From: Lama glama
Lineage: Eukaryota
Direction: 5' to 3'
NCBI GenBank assembly: GCA_028534125.1
Contig: CM052817.1
Span: 66,218,001 to 66,282,000, forward strand
Length of the DNA: 64,000 bases
Of the stretch, positions 10,302 to 21,990 are shown piece by piece. The first letter of the stretch is position 1. Each line of letters begins with the position of its first letter. A program made the position numbers and the translations under genes. Below the pieces are notes generated by a model that saw only the letters and a list, made by a program, of their open reading frames with translations, was not told where the DNA came from and did not search any database.

Positions 10302-13300
10302 TATTTTAAAAAGCCTCTTCAGGTTATTTCATTATTTTATTGGTGTGAATTCTTCTGAGGGATCTTCTGAGAGCTGCTCAAGGAGTTGGATTTCCTTGTT
10401 TATGTTGTAATTTTTTTTTTGAACTCTGTTGTAAACTTGCTGCTGGGACCTACTGATCTAGGGCTTCTTGGTCAATGGAATAATATGGTCCTTTGGTTAT
10501 CTGTGACCCTGTGCGCCCATTATCCACTTGATTCACGAGAGAGAAGATTGTCTTTACATTCTAAACTGGCAGAAGCTGCTTTGCAGCAGCAGACATTAAA
10601 AAAAAAATTCTTTGTCTTGCAGAGATTCAAAGAGGTCTTGTATCCCTCATTGCTTATTTATATTTATTTCTAGTAATGTCATTTAAAAAGTGATGTCATG
10701 AATAAGGTTATTTATTTTCTGAATGTAACACTTTTGTGGGTCCTCGCGTTGTGGGCTCTGCGTTTCTGCACTCTGACTCTCCTTGCAGTGACTAGACATG
10801 TTTACAGCTTGGTTATTGCTAAATGATTGCCATATGATTGCGTGTGTGATACCTACTCACGATATGATAATTAGCAAGCATCACCACTTTACCTGAAATC
10901 CGGATGATAAAGCACAGTATTACACCTGGTTGAAAGCAGTTCTTAACAACGTCTCAGGTAACTATGCTGCCCATCTAGGTTGCTGTGGTCAGGGCTGCAC
11001 TAGCTCAGCCAGTCCCCTCGTCCAGGCTTTCCGCAGCCTCTCTCTGATCTGGTAGAGCCCTCAGCAAAGCACACTCACTCAGCATCTCATAGCCAGGCAC
11101 CGGTATCCTCTACTAGAAAAGGGTATCCTTTCTTTTGCCTTATTGTGGGAAGACTTTAACACCTATTAAGACTTTGAGCTAGAGAAGGCTTTTTCATAGA
11201 GACCCAATCCAAGTCCTCCAAAGACTGCTAGCTTCTCCCCAGAGTTTGTAAGATGAAGGTGACTAACATAAATGTTAGTGTCATTGTTCTGGTGCCTAGG
11301 GAACACCTGCTCATAGTGAATGATTAATGTTTGAGTATTGAGTTCTCACTCAACACAAAGTCTGGGAAGTGATATTTCAAGAATGGATAAATTCTCCATG
11401 AATTTTGGCTGAGCTGGAATGTTTAAAATTTGTTCAGTGGCAAGTAGATGAGCATCATTGCAGCACCATTCTGAGAATAGAATATTCTTTTAGAGACTAC
11501 TTAGATTTGGTAATTGAATCTAGGGGCATTCTCAGGATATTAACATTTTCTCATAAAAATGGAATGATTTTGCAAGCACTGCATATTGTGTTTCAAAATA
11601 AAAATTTAAATTGAGATGGAAAGTAAACTGAATCAGATTGAAATAAAATTAATCCAATGAAATACATTTCTTCTGAAATTAACATCTTAAAAGTTAAATG
11701 CCATCTGATTATACTACATTTAAGTTCACCACAAAAAGAACATTGCCAACATTGTTGTATTATTAGGTAATTGTTGCTAGTGACAGTTCACAAATTTTAC
11801 TTGCTAGACTGTTCTTTTGTACAGATTCTTCATTTGGGTTGTCAGTGTTATGCACAATAGCGTCTTTGACCCCTTTGCTTTTTCCACAGTGAATATTGAA
11901 GAAATTGAATTTTTTTGGTTCACATTTATACTCTACTACAAGTGTGAGACCATTAAGCATGAAAAGATGGGATTGTTTAAAAGAAAGTGGCAATGTTTTG
12001 ATTCTTCAAGTTTTATGCTTATCTCTTTATCTCTAGTTCAAGGCAAAAAATAAAAACAAAAACCCTTTTGATCCCTATTGTAAGCATGTTACTATTCACA
12101 CACAGAGAGTAATACAAGAGTTGTTTTCCTGATAGAGCTGGTAACTGATACATAGGGACTGGGTGAAGACTAAGTAAAATAGATTTGTTAATGATAACTT
12201 GAAAAATGAAAAAATCATTTTATATAAATGCATAAAGACAATTCAACTATATCCACTTGTTCGGAGATCTATAAAGAAGTCTATTCTCATTTTTATCTTT
12301 TTTTTTTTAAGTGAAAAGCAGAGAGTATTTGGCTTTGCTTATAGTTGTTTCCTGATCCTTCTTTACTCTTATTCTGTGCCTGCTGAGAAGGGAGAATGTT
12401 CGGTAACTTCCTTTTTTTTTTTTTTTTTGGATTCTCATTTCCATCCCTAATTACTGGCTACTCTTTCTGTCGCAGCTGGGTTTTAGGGCAGGGTGAGCAT
12501 AAAGGAGGTGAATAGGTAGCTAAAGGGGAGAAGAAAAGTTCTTATTTTGACTGTGTTCACAAAAGATGGCTCTGTGCTCTGTGATCTTACCAGAGTTTGA
12601 AACTTAAATTTTTTTTTTTTGGGTGGAGCGTTTTTATGGGTCATGTGGAAGTTCTCCATTTCTGGATATCTCTTACCTGAAATACCCTCAAACTTTACTG
12701 TTTTATGTGGTTGCTTATTCCCTTTGCAGCTTCATAGAGGTTTATCCAAAAAACTTCCTCCCAGATTCTTCACATAACCTGCCTCTTTTGTCACCTCGGT
12801 GTGGCTGACAAGTCCAAGAATCACATAACTTTTTTTTTTAAGTTTAACTGTTTGATGAGTTTGGCATTTCGTCTAACACTTCCTTTGGAAAATGACATTT
12901 ATTCTACTTTGGTGCCCCAGCTTAATCATATGCTTACCATCCTAAAAGTGCATTTGAAACCTATATTGAGAAAAGGATCATTTTACTATTAGCACAGCTT
13001 TGAGCCAATGGGGCCCCATAATTTCACCAAAGATCATAAGGTTTCTTTTCTATTCTACTTTGGGATCTGTCAGAATCATAGAAAAGCTATCCATCCTGTT
13101 ACCTAGAGAGAGTTTAGGTCTCAGTTATGTTGACTTAATTCACTGGTTCTCCCTTGAGGTGGGGGCTGGAGGGTGTACAGTGAAAAGGGGTTTAGGAGTG
13201 GCTGTTTATTCATATCTTACAAAGATATTTTATTTTCAACTATTGAGAACAAAAACATGTTCAATTTTCCAATAAGGTAATATTTAAAGTTTCCCAGTAA

Positions 13301-13994
13301 TTAGAAAAAATTATCAATGAAGAATATATTTCCTCTAAAGTTAGACATAATTTGCTTACAATTTGTCTGTTTTTCTTAGAATCCATCCCCTAGGTTGTTT
13401 CTCCCCCTCACATTTTTTCAAGGTGTCTGAATAATTGTATTCCCAAAGGATCTTTGGTCATTCAGACTTTTGGTCTGCACTGCCTTTTGCCTCCTGAGAA
13501 CAGCAGACACTGATAAAAATGCAAGCCAACTATAGCTTTTAAAACTGCCTTTTGTTTTAAAAAATGTCAAAATGACTTTTCATTGTAAGACTAGAATGTT
13601 AACCAAAAGATGTGAAACTAAAATTCCCATTGGACTGGTATATGTTCAGTTTGCTCCCTCCTCCCCCAGCTGAATGTTGAGTAAATCTGTATGGAATTAC
13701 TTATCCTTTTCTTTTTGGTTCAGGGTTATTTTATATTTATTCACCTGCTACTTTCAGTGTAAGGCATGAAAAAGATGACGTAAATCTTTGAAATAGAATC
13801 GGAAGTGTTGTTTGTGTAGTTTTTTACCAATTCTTTATGTAGAGGTACTATTGGTCAGTTTTTCCAATTGTAGCAACAATGGATTTAGTGATGGGAGAAA
13901 AAAAAAAACAAAACATTTTATTGGCTTGGTCCTACTCGAAGTTTCCCGCCTGAATGTTTTAAACCTTTCTTTTACTGAAATACATTGTAGGGAC

Positions 13995-14063
13995 TTTCTT
14001 CTTCCTTCTCTCCCTCCCTTTCTTTCTCCCTTCCTTCCTCCCTTCCTTCCTTCCCTTCTTCTT
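13995..14063. repeat. (CCTT/CCCT)n pyrimidine-rich simple repeat
   Basis: Directly visible. Confidence 0.8.
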
Positions 14064-14084
14064 TGTTTTCATGTATTTAGGTTT

Positions 14085-14230
14085 AAAATCTAGTTTCAAT
14101 ACTTGGTAACAATGCCCCAGTTCCCTTACATGTGAAATTACATAATATCAATCCTAGACATAAGTATAAAATGAAGTAACATATGTGAAGGGTTTACATG
14201 GTACGGTGCCTCAGTGTAGTTTGACAAAGT
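14085..14230 (+). mobile_element. MIR fragment
   Basis: CCCCAGTTCCCTTACATGTGAAAT...TAACATATGTGAAGGG..ACGGTGCCT, a degenerate MIR core and tail. Confidence 0.45.
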
Positions 14231-14629
14231 TATGTAGAAAATGAGGAGTGCCAGCAAAACAATTGGGTGTGGTCAGTCTCAATTGAGTTTTATTTTTGTA
14301 AGTGTATTCTCTTGTTCCTTGACTGCCAGGGGAGCCTAGGCAGTGCACTAACTTTCAGCTAGGTTCCTCTTTAGTATTTCTTTTTTCATGATGGGTGGAG
14401 TTCAGCATTCTTGATGGGGACCCTGACCAACCTGCCTAGCCTGAGTGATGACTGCTCACTGAATACCCTCCTTTAGGTATTAAATTGGACAAACCATCTG
14501 GAATCATAATTGCTCCATCAGCTTGAGGGATGAATGAAGACCAATTGATGACTTCAAACACAATTTCTTTACACCAGATATTGACTGTTTCAGATCTGAT
14601 CCAAGTTTACATGTCACTTACATCATTTT

Positions 14630-14698
14630 TTTAAACATTTTTTTATTGAGTTATAGTCATTTTACAATGTTATGTCAAATTCCAGTGTAGAGCGCAAT
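14630..14698 (-). mobile_element. Young, extremely 5'-truncated L1 (~70 bp) with perfect 16-bp TSD
   Basis: TCACTTACATCATTTT at 14614-14629 and 14699-14714; body matches the 3' end of the L1 at 35196-36368. Confidence 0.9.
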
Positions 14699-15125
14699 TC
14701 ACTTACATCATTTTAAAAACAGCTTAAAATCACTAGTGTTTGAATAATAAGGAAGATCAAAAAGAATAAACTAAAAAAAACACAAATTATCTACAGCCTA
14801 GCTTTAACAAATGCTGATTTGGCCATATGTATTTAAAATTCTTAAAAAGACTATTATAAGTACAAGTGTAATTCCTCCTTTCCCATCCTAACCTCTCCTT
14901 CCTTATGTAGAGGAAACTTCTAAAGTTACTATGCATCTATTTTATCATATTTCATAATTTACCATACACTTATACAATACTGTGCTTTTAAAATTTGCAT
15001 ATGTGATATGTTGACTCTATCTGTCTGAATTACACTTTTGCCATTCATTAGTCAGATTTATGCTTAAAGATATATTTAGGTCTAGGTTATTAATTTTACA
15101 GTATTCATACAATAGAATTCTTATC

Positions 15126-15128
<3 letters not shown>

Positions 15129-15160
<32 letters not shown>
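15129..15160. repeat. (TG)16 microsatellite within old L1ME-like antisense sequence
   Basis: Directly visible. Confidence 0.95.
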
Positions 15161-15162
<2 letters not shown>

Positions 15163-16099
15163 GGACATTTGAGTTTTTTTTCCAGCTTTTCTTTATTAAA
15201 AATAATGCTGGGAGGAGCATCTACACACATGCAAGTTTTCTTGGCATATATGTAAGAATGTATATCCTGAAGTGGAATTGCTGTGTTATAGGGCATGTAG
15301 ACTCAGATCTCTTTCTACCCACGTTGGCTGCCATGATTCGCTGCCATTCCAAACAAAAAGAGAAATCATTCAGGATAGGGTGTACCTGTCACGATTTACT
15401 GGGCCAGCAGCATAACATGAACCTTGTCCTGGGTCATCATTTCCACAGCACATTCATTTCTAAAGTGCCCTGACATTATTAACATTCTGCATGATTAATT
15501 TACTTTGTAAGGGTTTATATGTCTTGGCTGGAAAATAGTTCTACTAGATTAAAAATACTGTTACCCAGCAGGCTTTGAAAAGGTAAAACATAATCTCTCA
15601 TTTTTTTTTTTTGAGATTAGAAACCAGTGAATATCAGGTTGTTGTCTAAATAATGAATTTTACTAAAGTCATAAAAGCAAGTCCTAAAAATAGACCAAAA
15701 ATCCACTTTATTGGGATTTTGTTATCTAGATTTAAAATCTGGTTGGTGGTAGTATTTACTGTATGTAACATGAATGAATCATAGCTATTCACTCATCCAT
15801 TTGGATCTAAATGTTACTTGTTTGTTAACAGATGAAGCTTTCTCAGAATGAAAGGAGGACTTGAAAAAAGCAAAGAAAAACAAACAAAGGAAAACCTCAC
15901 ACAAACGGCTTGGATTTGATTATAGTAGCAATTGAGCAAGCGTGATTGAAAATGATTGATCGTGAGTTAAGAAATTAATGAGTTCCATATCCATGACTGT
16001 TTAGGGGAAGAAAAGTAGTAAAAAAATAATTATTATTTAAAAATGTTAAATTAATGTGTGAATGAATAAATAACGTATAACATCTTAGACAAATCCATG

Positions 16100-16195
16100 T
16101 TCGATTTTTGTTTGTATCCTTTGTGGTCTCAAGCACAATACCTTGTGTGTGGAAAATGCTTAACAGCTGTTGCTGAGTGAATGAAGGAATAAATG
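16100..16195 (+). mobile_element. L2 3' end
   Basis: AGCACAATACCTTG...GCTTAACAGCTGTTGCTGAGTGAATGAA. Confidence 0.55.
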
Positions 16196-16914
16196 GACAA
16201 GTGATGCCTAAAGTGATGACAAGATATGCACAGATTTATTTGCTTTCTCATTAGGCATAAAATCAGGCAATAGAATATTAAAATAAGAAAATAATCCTAG
16301 TGTCATGTTTTAACATTAAGGATTTTTTTTGTAGTAGATGTTTTTGGTGATTCAACATTAGAGAGGATATTTATTCTGTAATATTTAAAACCCATTCCCA
16401 AAGTAGTATTTGTTCATTCATTTTCAAACTTTTAGCAAAATGCCTCTCACATTTATAGCATCATTTAAAAAATGTTCTGGAGATTTAATTATAATTCTTT
16501 TTTAAGCCTTTTTGAGCTTAACTAACACATTGACCCAGTCTCTTGGGTTTTGCTCCCACCATGTGCTAGAACATGACAGATGTTTGGAAAGCTATTGCTG
16601 AGCAGACTGGTCACTTCAGGGTTTGAACCACATGCAAAAGAAAATATAATGTTGAGACAAAATGCTGAAAAATGTGTAAACCAGGCAGTTAATATGATGA
16701 GTTATGACCAACAGATTTTTGATGATATAAAATAAATTTATTGGAATATGCATGCACATGGTAAGGAAGTGTTGTTTCATGAAATTGTATAAATATGTTT
16801 TTAAATTCAGATTTGTGATTTAAAATATATTTCCTCCCATGGTTAAAATAAAAATATTTGGAATCCAGTTTCTTAAGGGACACAAAAGAGTAGGTATATT
16901 AAAAAGTAGACAAA

Positions 16915-17170
16915 GAGGAAAACCAGGAGAAATGTGGTATTATAAAAACTGAAGATAAAGGGCATTTTTAAAAAGAAGGCAGGGGTCAGCATCATCACTG
17001 GCTGCAGTGAGATCAAGTAAGGTAAGATGAGAAAGGGCTAGTTTGATTTAGCAATTAGGGAGGCCATAGATGATTTTGTTTCATTTCAGCAATGAGGTAG
17101 GACTTGATTAGATTAATGAGTATTAGGGAAGTACAGTCAAGTAAATAAACATCACTTTAAAAACTTAACT
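16915..17170 (-). mobile_element. L2 fragment
   Basis: GCTGCAGTGAGATCAAGTAAGGTAAG...GATTTAGCAATTAGGGAGGCCA..GATGATTTT. Confidence 0.55.
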
Positions 17171-17204
17171 GAAGGCACAAGAAAGAGGAAGTAGAGGCAG
17201 TTTA

Positions 17205-17320
17205 TCAAACCTAAGTCTCAGTTTTCTTATCTATAAAATAGGTACAAAAATACATCAAAAAGCTAATGTGTTGCTTGGGCACAGTGCCTGGACGACATAT
17301 AGAGCTCAGTAAGTGTGAGC
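17205..17320 (+). mobile_element. MIR fragment
   Basis: GTCTCAGTTTTCTTATCTATAAAATAGG ... CACAGTGCCTGG...GCTCAGTAAGTG. Confidence 0.65.
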
Positions 17321-19494
17321 CACCACCACCACCATCATCAATTATGGAGGTAGTTAATTTCCAAAGGTTATTTATTGTATTAGTATCCTATCAGACACTG
17401 GTTGCACTAACTCTGTTATTCTTACCTACTACTTTAGAATTCTTGATACGAGACATAATCATTTTACGTGCATGGAAAAAGAGTAGAAGGGAGGATGTGG
17501 TACAAATTATGAGTTCATAAGTGGACCAGGACTAGACATTGTAGCCTGTCAATCCAAATTCTGTGAGAAGATCTGTAAGCCCAGATAAGGTGTACTGAAT
17601 ATTTACTATGTGCCAGTCGGTCTTCTAAGAATTTCACATTCATTAATCCTTACAGTCACCCTTTAGGATAGCTGTTCTGAATACATCCTCATTAAATGAG
17701 GCACAGAGAGATACTAAGAAGTTAAATAAACATGTGGCACTCATTCTTTTGTTGTAGGTGTTGTTTGGATCCTTTAGGGGGAAAAAAAAGGTTTAAAAAA
17801 CTTAAAACCAAAGAGAAGGGGTGGGAGAGAGAGAGAGACCACCTTTAAATGTTTTATCCCCTGTTACTTTCTCCTTCTGTCCATGAAAAAGAGTGAAGTT
17901 CACATGCTAAGTCTTATGAACGAATCCACTGCTGTAATTCTTATCAGTCATCCTTTCTGAATATTCTTCAGGAATGGCTTAGAACACTTGGAGAAGCCCT
18001 TGTACAGTTCCTTTGTCAATTGGGCAAGGGAAAGAGCTGTTGCCGCACTGTTTTTAAATAAGTAAATCAAAAGTGGCTGCCGGGTGTACCGTTCACCATG
18101 CACCGTTGATGTAAATTGAAATAATCACTATAAATGAACAGAGTTAGAAACTGGGAAGGAGGTGGTTGGGACAACTATTGGCTGTGGAATTGGAAATACA
18201 ATTTCACTGTGAAGCGTTTCCAAAGATACTGCAGGCTAAAATTTCAAAGTATCTCCAGAGGATTTAGTTTTATTACTCACACTGATGTCAGTGGGAACTG
18301 GGCAGTTATAGCCTCGGCTGCTCTCTGGAACTTTGCCTGACTACTCCTGTTTCAGCCATTAGAAATTATTTATTTCACAGTCTCTCTCTGCCCTCCCCAC
18401 CCCCCATTCAAACAAACCAATCTCAAGTCATTGATGTTAAGGTAATCCCAGAAAAGTTTTCCCAAAGAACAGCTCCTACCTCTGAACTGTCAGCTGGAGA
18501 ATACAGATGACCCTCTTTGTGAAACAAAGATTGCCTATGAAAGCAGTTCTCTACATGTGAAAGCTGATCTTCTTGTTGACTTCCGTTACAAAATTGGAGA
18601 CTTGCTCCCCTAGAAAATCTCTGGCAAAGAAAATAGAAACGTATTTAAAGGCAGCAAATTTAGAAAACATATTTAAAACCATCTAATGCAATGTATATGA
18701 ACATTTAAGCCCATGAGTTTGAAATAGTAAGTTATTTTTGTGTTTTGTAAGTTGGCTTTCATTTGAAAAGTGAATTAATCAATTCAAGTAGGGGGAAAAA
18801 AGCAATTGAATCAAAGGTTTTTTCAAGTTCTTTCTGTCTTCATTCCTTCACATTCTGTAACAGAATGTTGTTTGGACAGACTGTGCTTCCTGGTAGTTTA
18901 AGAAAACTCCTATCTTGTCATTATTGTTATTTAAAATAATAAGCATGCTTATCTGGTTGAAGGGGAGGGAGACCATCAAGAAGCACAGCAAGAACAACAA
19001 TTTAAATGATAAGAAACTGAATTAACCATATTCATACTCCATAGTTCAATTTCATATTCTCTGAAAAGACAGTTTGCTAAGTGCTGTATTTATTCTATAG
19101 AGTTTTCATTTACTCTCAGCTGAATTCCATTTTCTGGATGAAACGTTGCCTTCCAGACTCAGTGAGGTCAGACCTGGCACCAGGTTCCCTTGACTTACTT
19201 TCCTAAACTCATCTCATTTTTGAGGATCCATTTCCCTGGACTCCTCTTTATTCTGTATTCTTCCACTTGCAAATTCTGATTTGTATTTAATCAGTCAGCA
19301 ACTAGGCAGCTGTCTCCAATACCTAATTGGTTGACAATATTGACCGATTAATATTACCTACTGCCACTCATGGTCACTAGATAAAAGATGCTGGCCTCTA
19401 GGGAGCACCATGGCTACTGTCTATACCACCACCTCACCACTGTCCCTCACTTCACTTTTGGATGTGCCAAGGGGGATATTTTACATTCAAGGAT

Positions 19495-20001
19495 TGTAGT
19501 GAACTACGAATGGCCAGGGATTCTATTTTGGTTTATTTTCCTTTCCTCTGAATTTGGGCCAGCCCTATGACTGCCTAACCAATAGAATGAGGTAGAAGTG
19601 ACACTATGTCTTTTCAAGGCCTAGACTTGAAGAACCTGGTAGTTTCAAATGCATCCTTTAAGTCCATGCTGTTGGGATACATTCTCTTAGACAGCATTTG
19701 ATATACTGCAAGAAGCCTCACCCCCATGGCAAGGATGCATGCAGGTGTTCCAGACAGCAGTCCCAGTTGAGCTCCCAGCTAACAGCCAGCATCAACTGCC
19801 AGCCATGTGAGAGAGCCATCGTGGATTCTCCCACCCGCCTAGCTTCTGAGCCCTCAAATGACTGCAGCCCCAGCCAGCATCAGGTGGAGGAGAAGAACTA
19901 CCTCGCTGAGCCTAGTCAACTTGCAGAATTGTGAGGGAAAGTAGTGTTTTAAGCCATTAGATTTCAGGTGGTTTGTTACACAGCTAGAGATAACAGAAAT
20001 A
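19495..20001 (+). mobile_element. MLT1H-like MaLR solo LTR
   Basis: ACCAATAGAATGAGGTAGAAGTGAC, CAGCCAGCATCAACTGCCAGCCATGTGAG, TTTTAAGCCATTAG...GTTTGTTACACAGC; 5-bp TSD AGGAT/GGGAT. Confidence 0.8.
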
Positions 20002-21490
20002 GGGATATTTGTTCAGTTACAGTGCTAGGCACTGGAGATGTCAAAATGAGGAGAAAGGGGGTTTATGTCATGAGACTTTACAGTATGGTTTCCCCCACAT
20101 CTATGGTTTGCTCCTCCTCGTCCAGTATGTCATGTCATGTCTAGTCCAGTGGTGTGAGAAGCACTGAGCTCTCCTTTTCTTTTGGGAGTTGGTAACCACG
20201 CTGCCTCCCTCTCCACCTGTGAACATTAGTTCTAGGTACCAGGAGGACCCTTAGGCCTGCCCAGGCTGGCCAAAAGATGCCTCATTCGTTCTGAGATGTT
20301 TCTAAGGTTCTGCAGTGGGGCCTGCTTGCCAAAGATTTCAGTAAGGTTTTTCCTCATTAGATGTTCTTTATCCATAAATCTCTGTCAGGGAACTTGAGGA
20401 AGGTGGCTGGGCAGAATCGTATTTACATAGTCATGGTCGTCAGCCCTGGCCATTTTCATGCTCTTCCCATCCATCACAGCCATTTTCAGTTGGGCTTTTT
20501 AGAGAAAAGGATTCTGTGTCTCTGTGCTCCTACTATGCCCTGTGGTCTCCTAGAAGCAATAATCATGGCTTATTTTTTTCTGCCTCTAGCTTCTGGAAGA
20601 GTCTGTCACATAGCCCTTAGTGGAAATTTATGTAGCTAGATTGGAGCACAGAACATTAAAGAACACTCAATTTAAATGTCTTCCAACTTCAGTTAACTAG
20701 GAGTCTGGCTCTGTTGTGTTCTTTAACTTATGACTAAAAAGTCAGTAATTAGTTAATTAACCCAAACAGATTTTTATATCAGCATCTTCCTGTCTACCCC
20801 TTATACCATCTGTTGCTTACTTTCAGGTATATTTTAGGTATAGGAACATTCACTTGCAAACGTAAGAACTATGTTTTTATAAATGTCTTTGTGTTAATGG
20901 CTCCTATTCTTTTAATGTCCCTAACTCATCTTCAATAATTTCTTGCCTGTTCTGTGACTGCTCAATCAGTGTTTTGGTATTACTTCATAAAGATTTATTT
21001 CAGTGTGTCATCACTTTGCCAGTACTAAATCTGGCTAAATTAGATTATAAAAATATTATCTGTTTTCTGGTGCTTTTGGTTTCTAGTTAGTATTGGGATT
21101 ACTGCCGAGTTCTCTATTACCCTCGATTCTAGGCTGTCAGTTGTTAATGTTCTCTTTGTGCACAGTCTATACCAGTGTAATTCCTTCTCACATCTAAATT
21201 TGCATTGTATGTCATTGTTTTGATAGTAGTTCAAAAAGGAAAGTGTCAGTCCATACTATAAAATTCTCATTATTTTCATCATCTTTTTTTGTTCTTAGAG
21301 CATTCGATCCTCCATTTTTTAAAATGTACTTATCATTCCATAGTGACACACTCACTGCCAATTCATTATGTTGATTGGTTATGAACAATGCACCAAAGAA
21401 ATGATAGACTAAATGGACCTTGTTCTTGCCCAAATGTTTTCTTGATTCAGCAAACCACCGAAGCTCTGAAGATGTCTAAAATGGGCAGTT

Positions 21491-21990
21491 TGTGCCGCAT
21501 GTCCTCCATCCACTTAACTCTTTGGATCCCCTTTATACTTTTGTTTCCCAACCTACTTTGTGCATGGAGAGGCTGCCATCTAAGGATTGAAGTCATGGGC
21601 CCTGCTGCCTCTGGTTTCTAGTTGGGTGTTCAGCCTATGGGAGGTACTGGCAGGAAATCGGACAAAGGGAAGATAAAGAAGGTACCACTTCCTGCTTCCC
21701 TCCACTTTTGCTTTAATATGGTTCTGCCCCTAGTTTTTTCCTACACCAAAGGCCATAGCTGTTAAGGTGACCTTCTCCTTGATAGGTGTGCATCTTGCTA
21801 GTTTTGCTAACCATTTCTTTTCCTCTTTAGGAGCTGCAATGGCTTCTTACAGATTCTAGCCCTGGGGATTTTCCACCATTCCTTCTTGTTTCTTTTAAGC
21901 TTGCCTATGCCTTGTAAATTGTTTCTTCAGTAAATTGTCTTCAATCACTTCTATTGTGCCATCTCTTTCCCCGCCAGGAATCTTAAGGGT
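21491..21990 (+). mobile_element. LTR33-like ERVL solo LTR
   Basis: GCCTCTGGTTTCTAGTTGGGTGTTCAGCCTATGGGAGG; 3' end TGTGCCATCTCTTTCCCCGCCAGGA. Confidence 0.65.

Noticed and set aside
10790..10965. Exon or C/D snoRNA candidate in a CpG-containing block
   Set aside because: All + frames are closed and no properly spaced C and D boxes with a terminal stem were found
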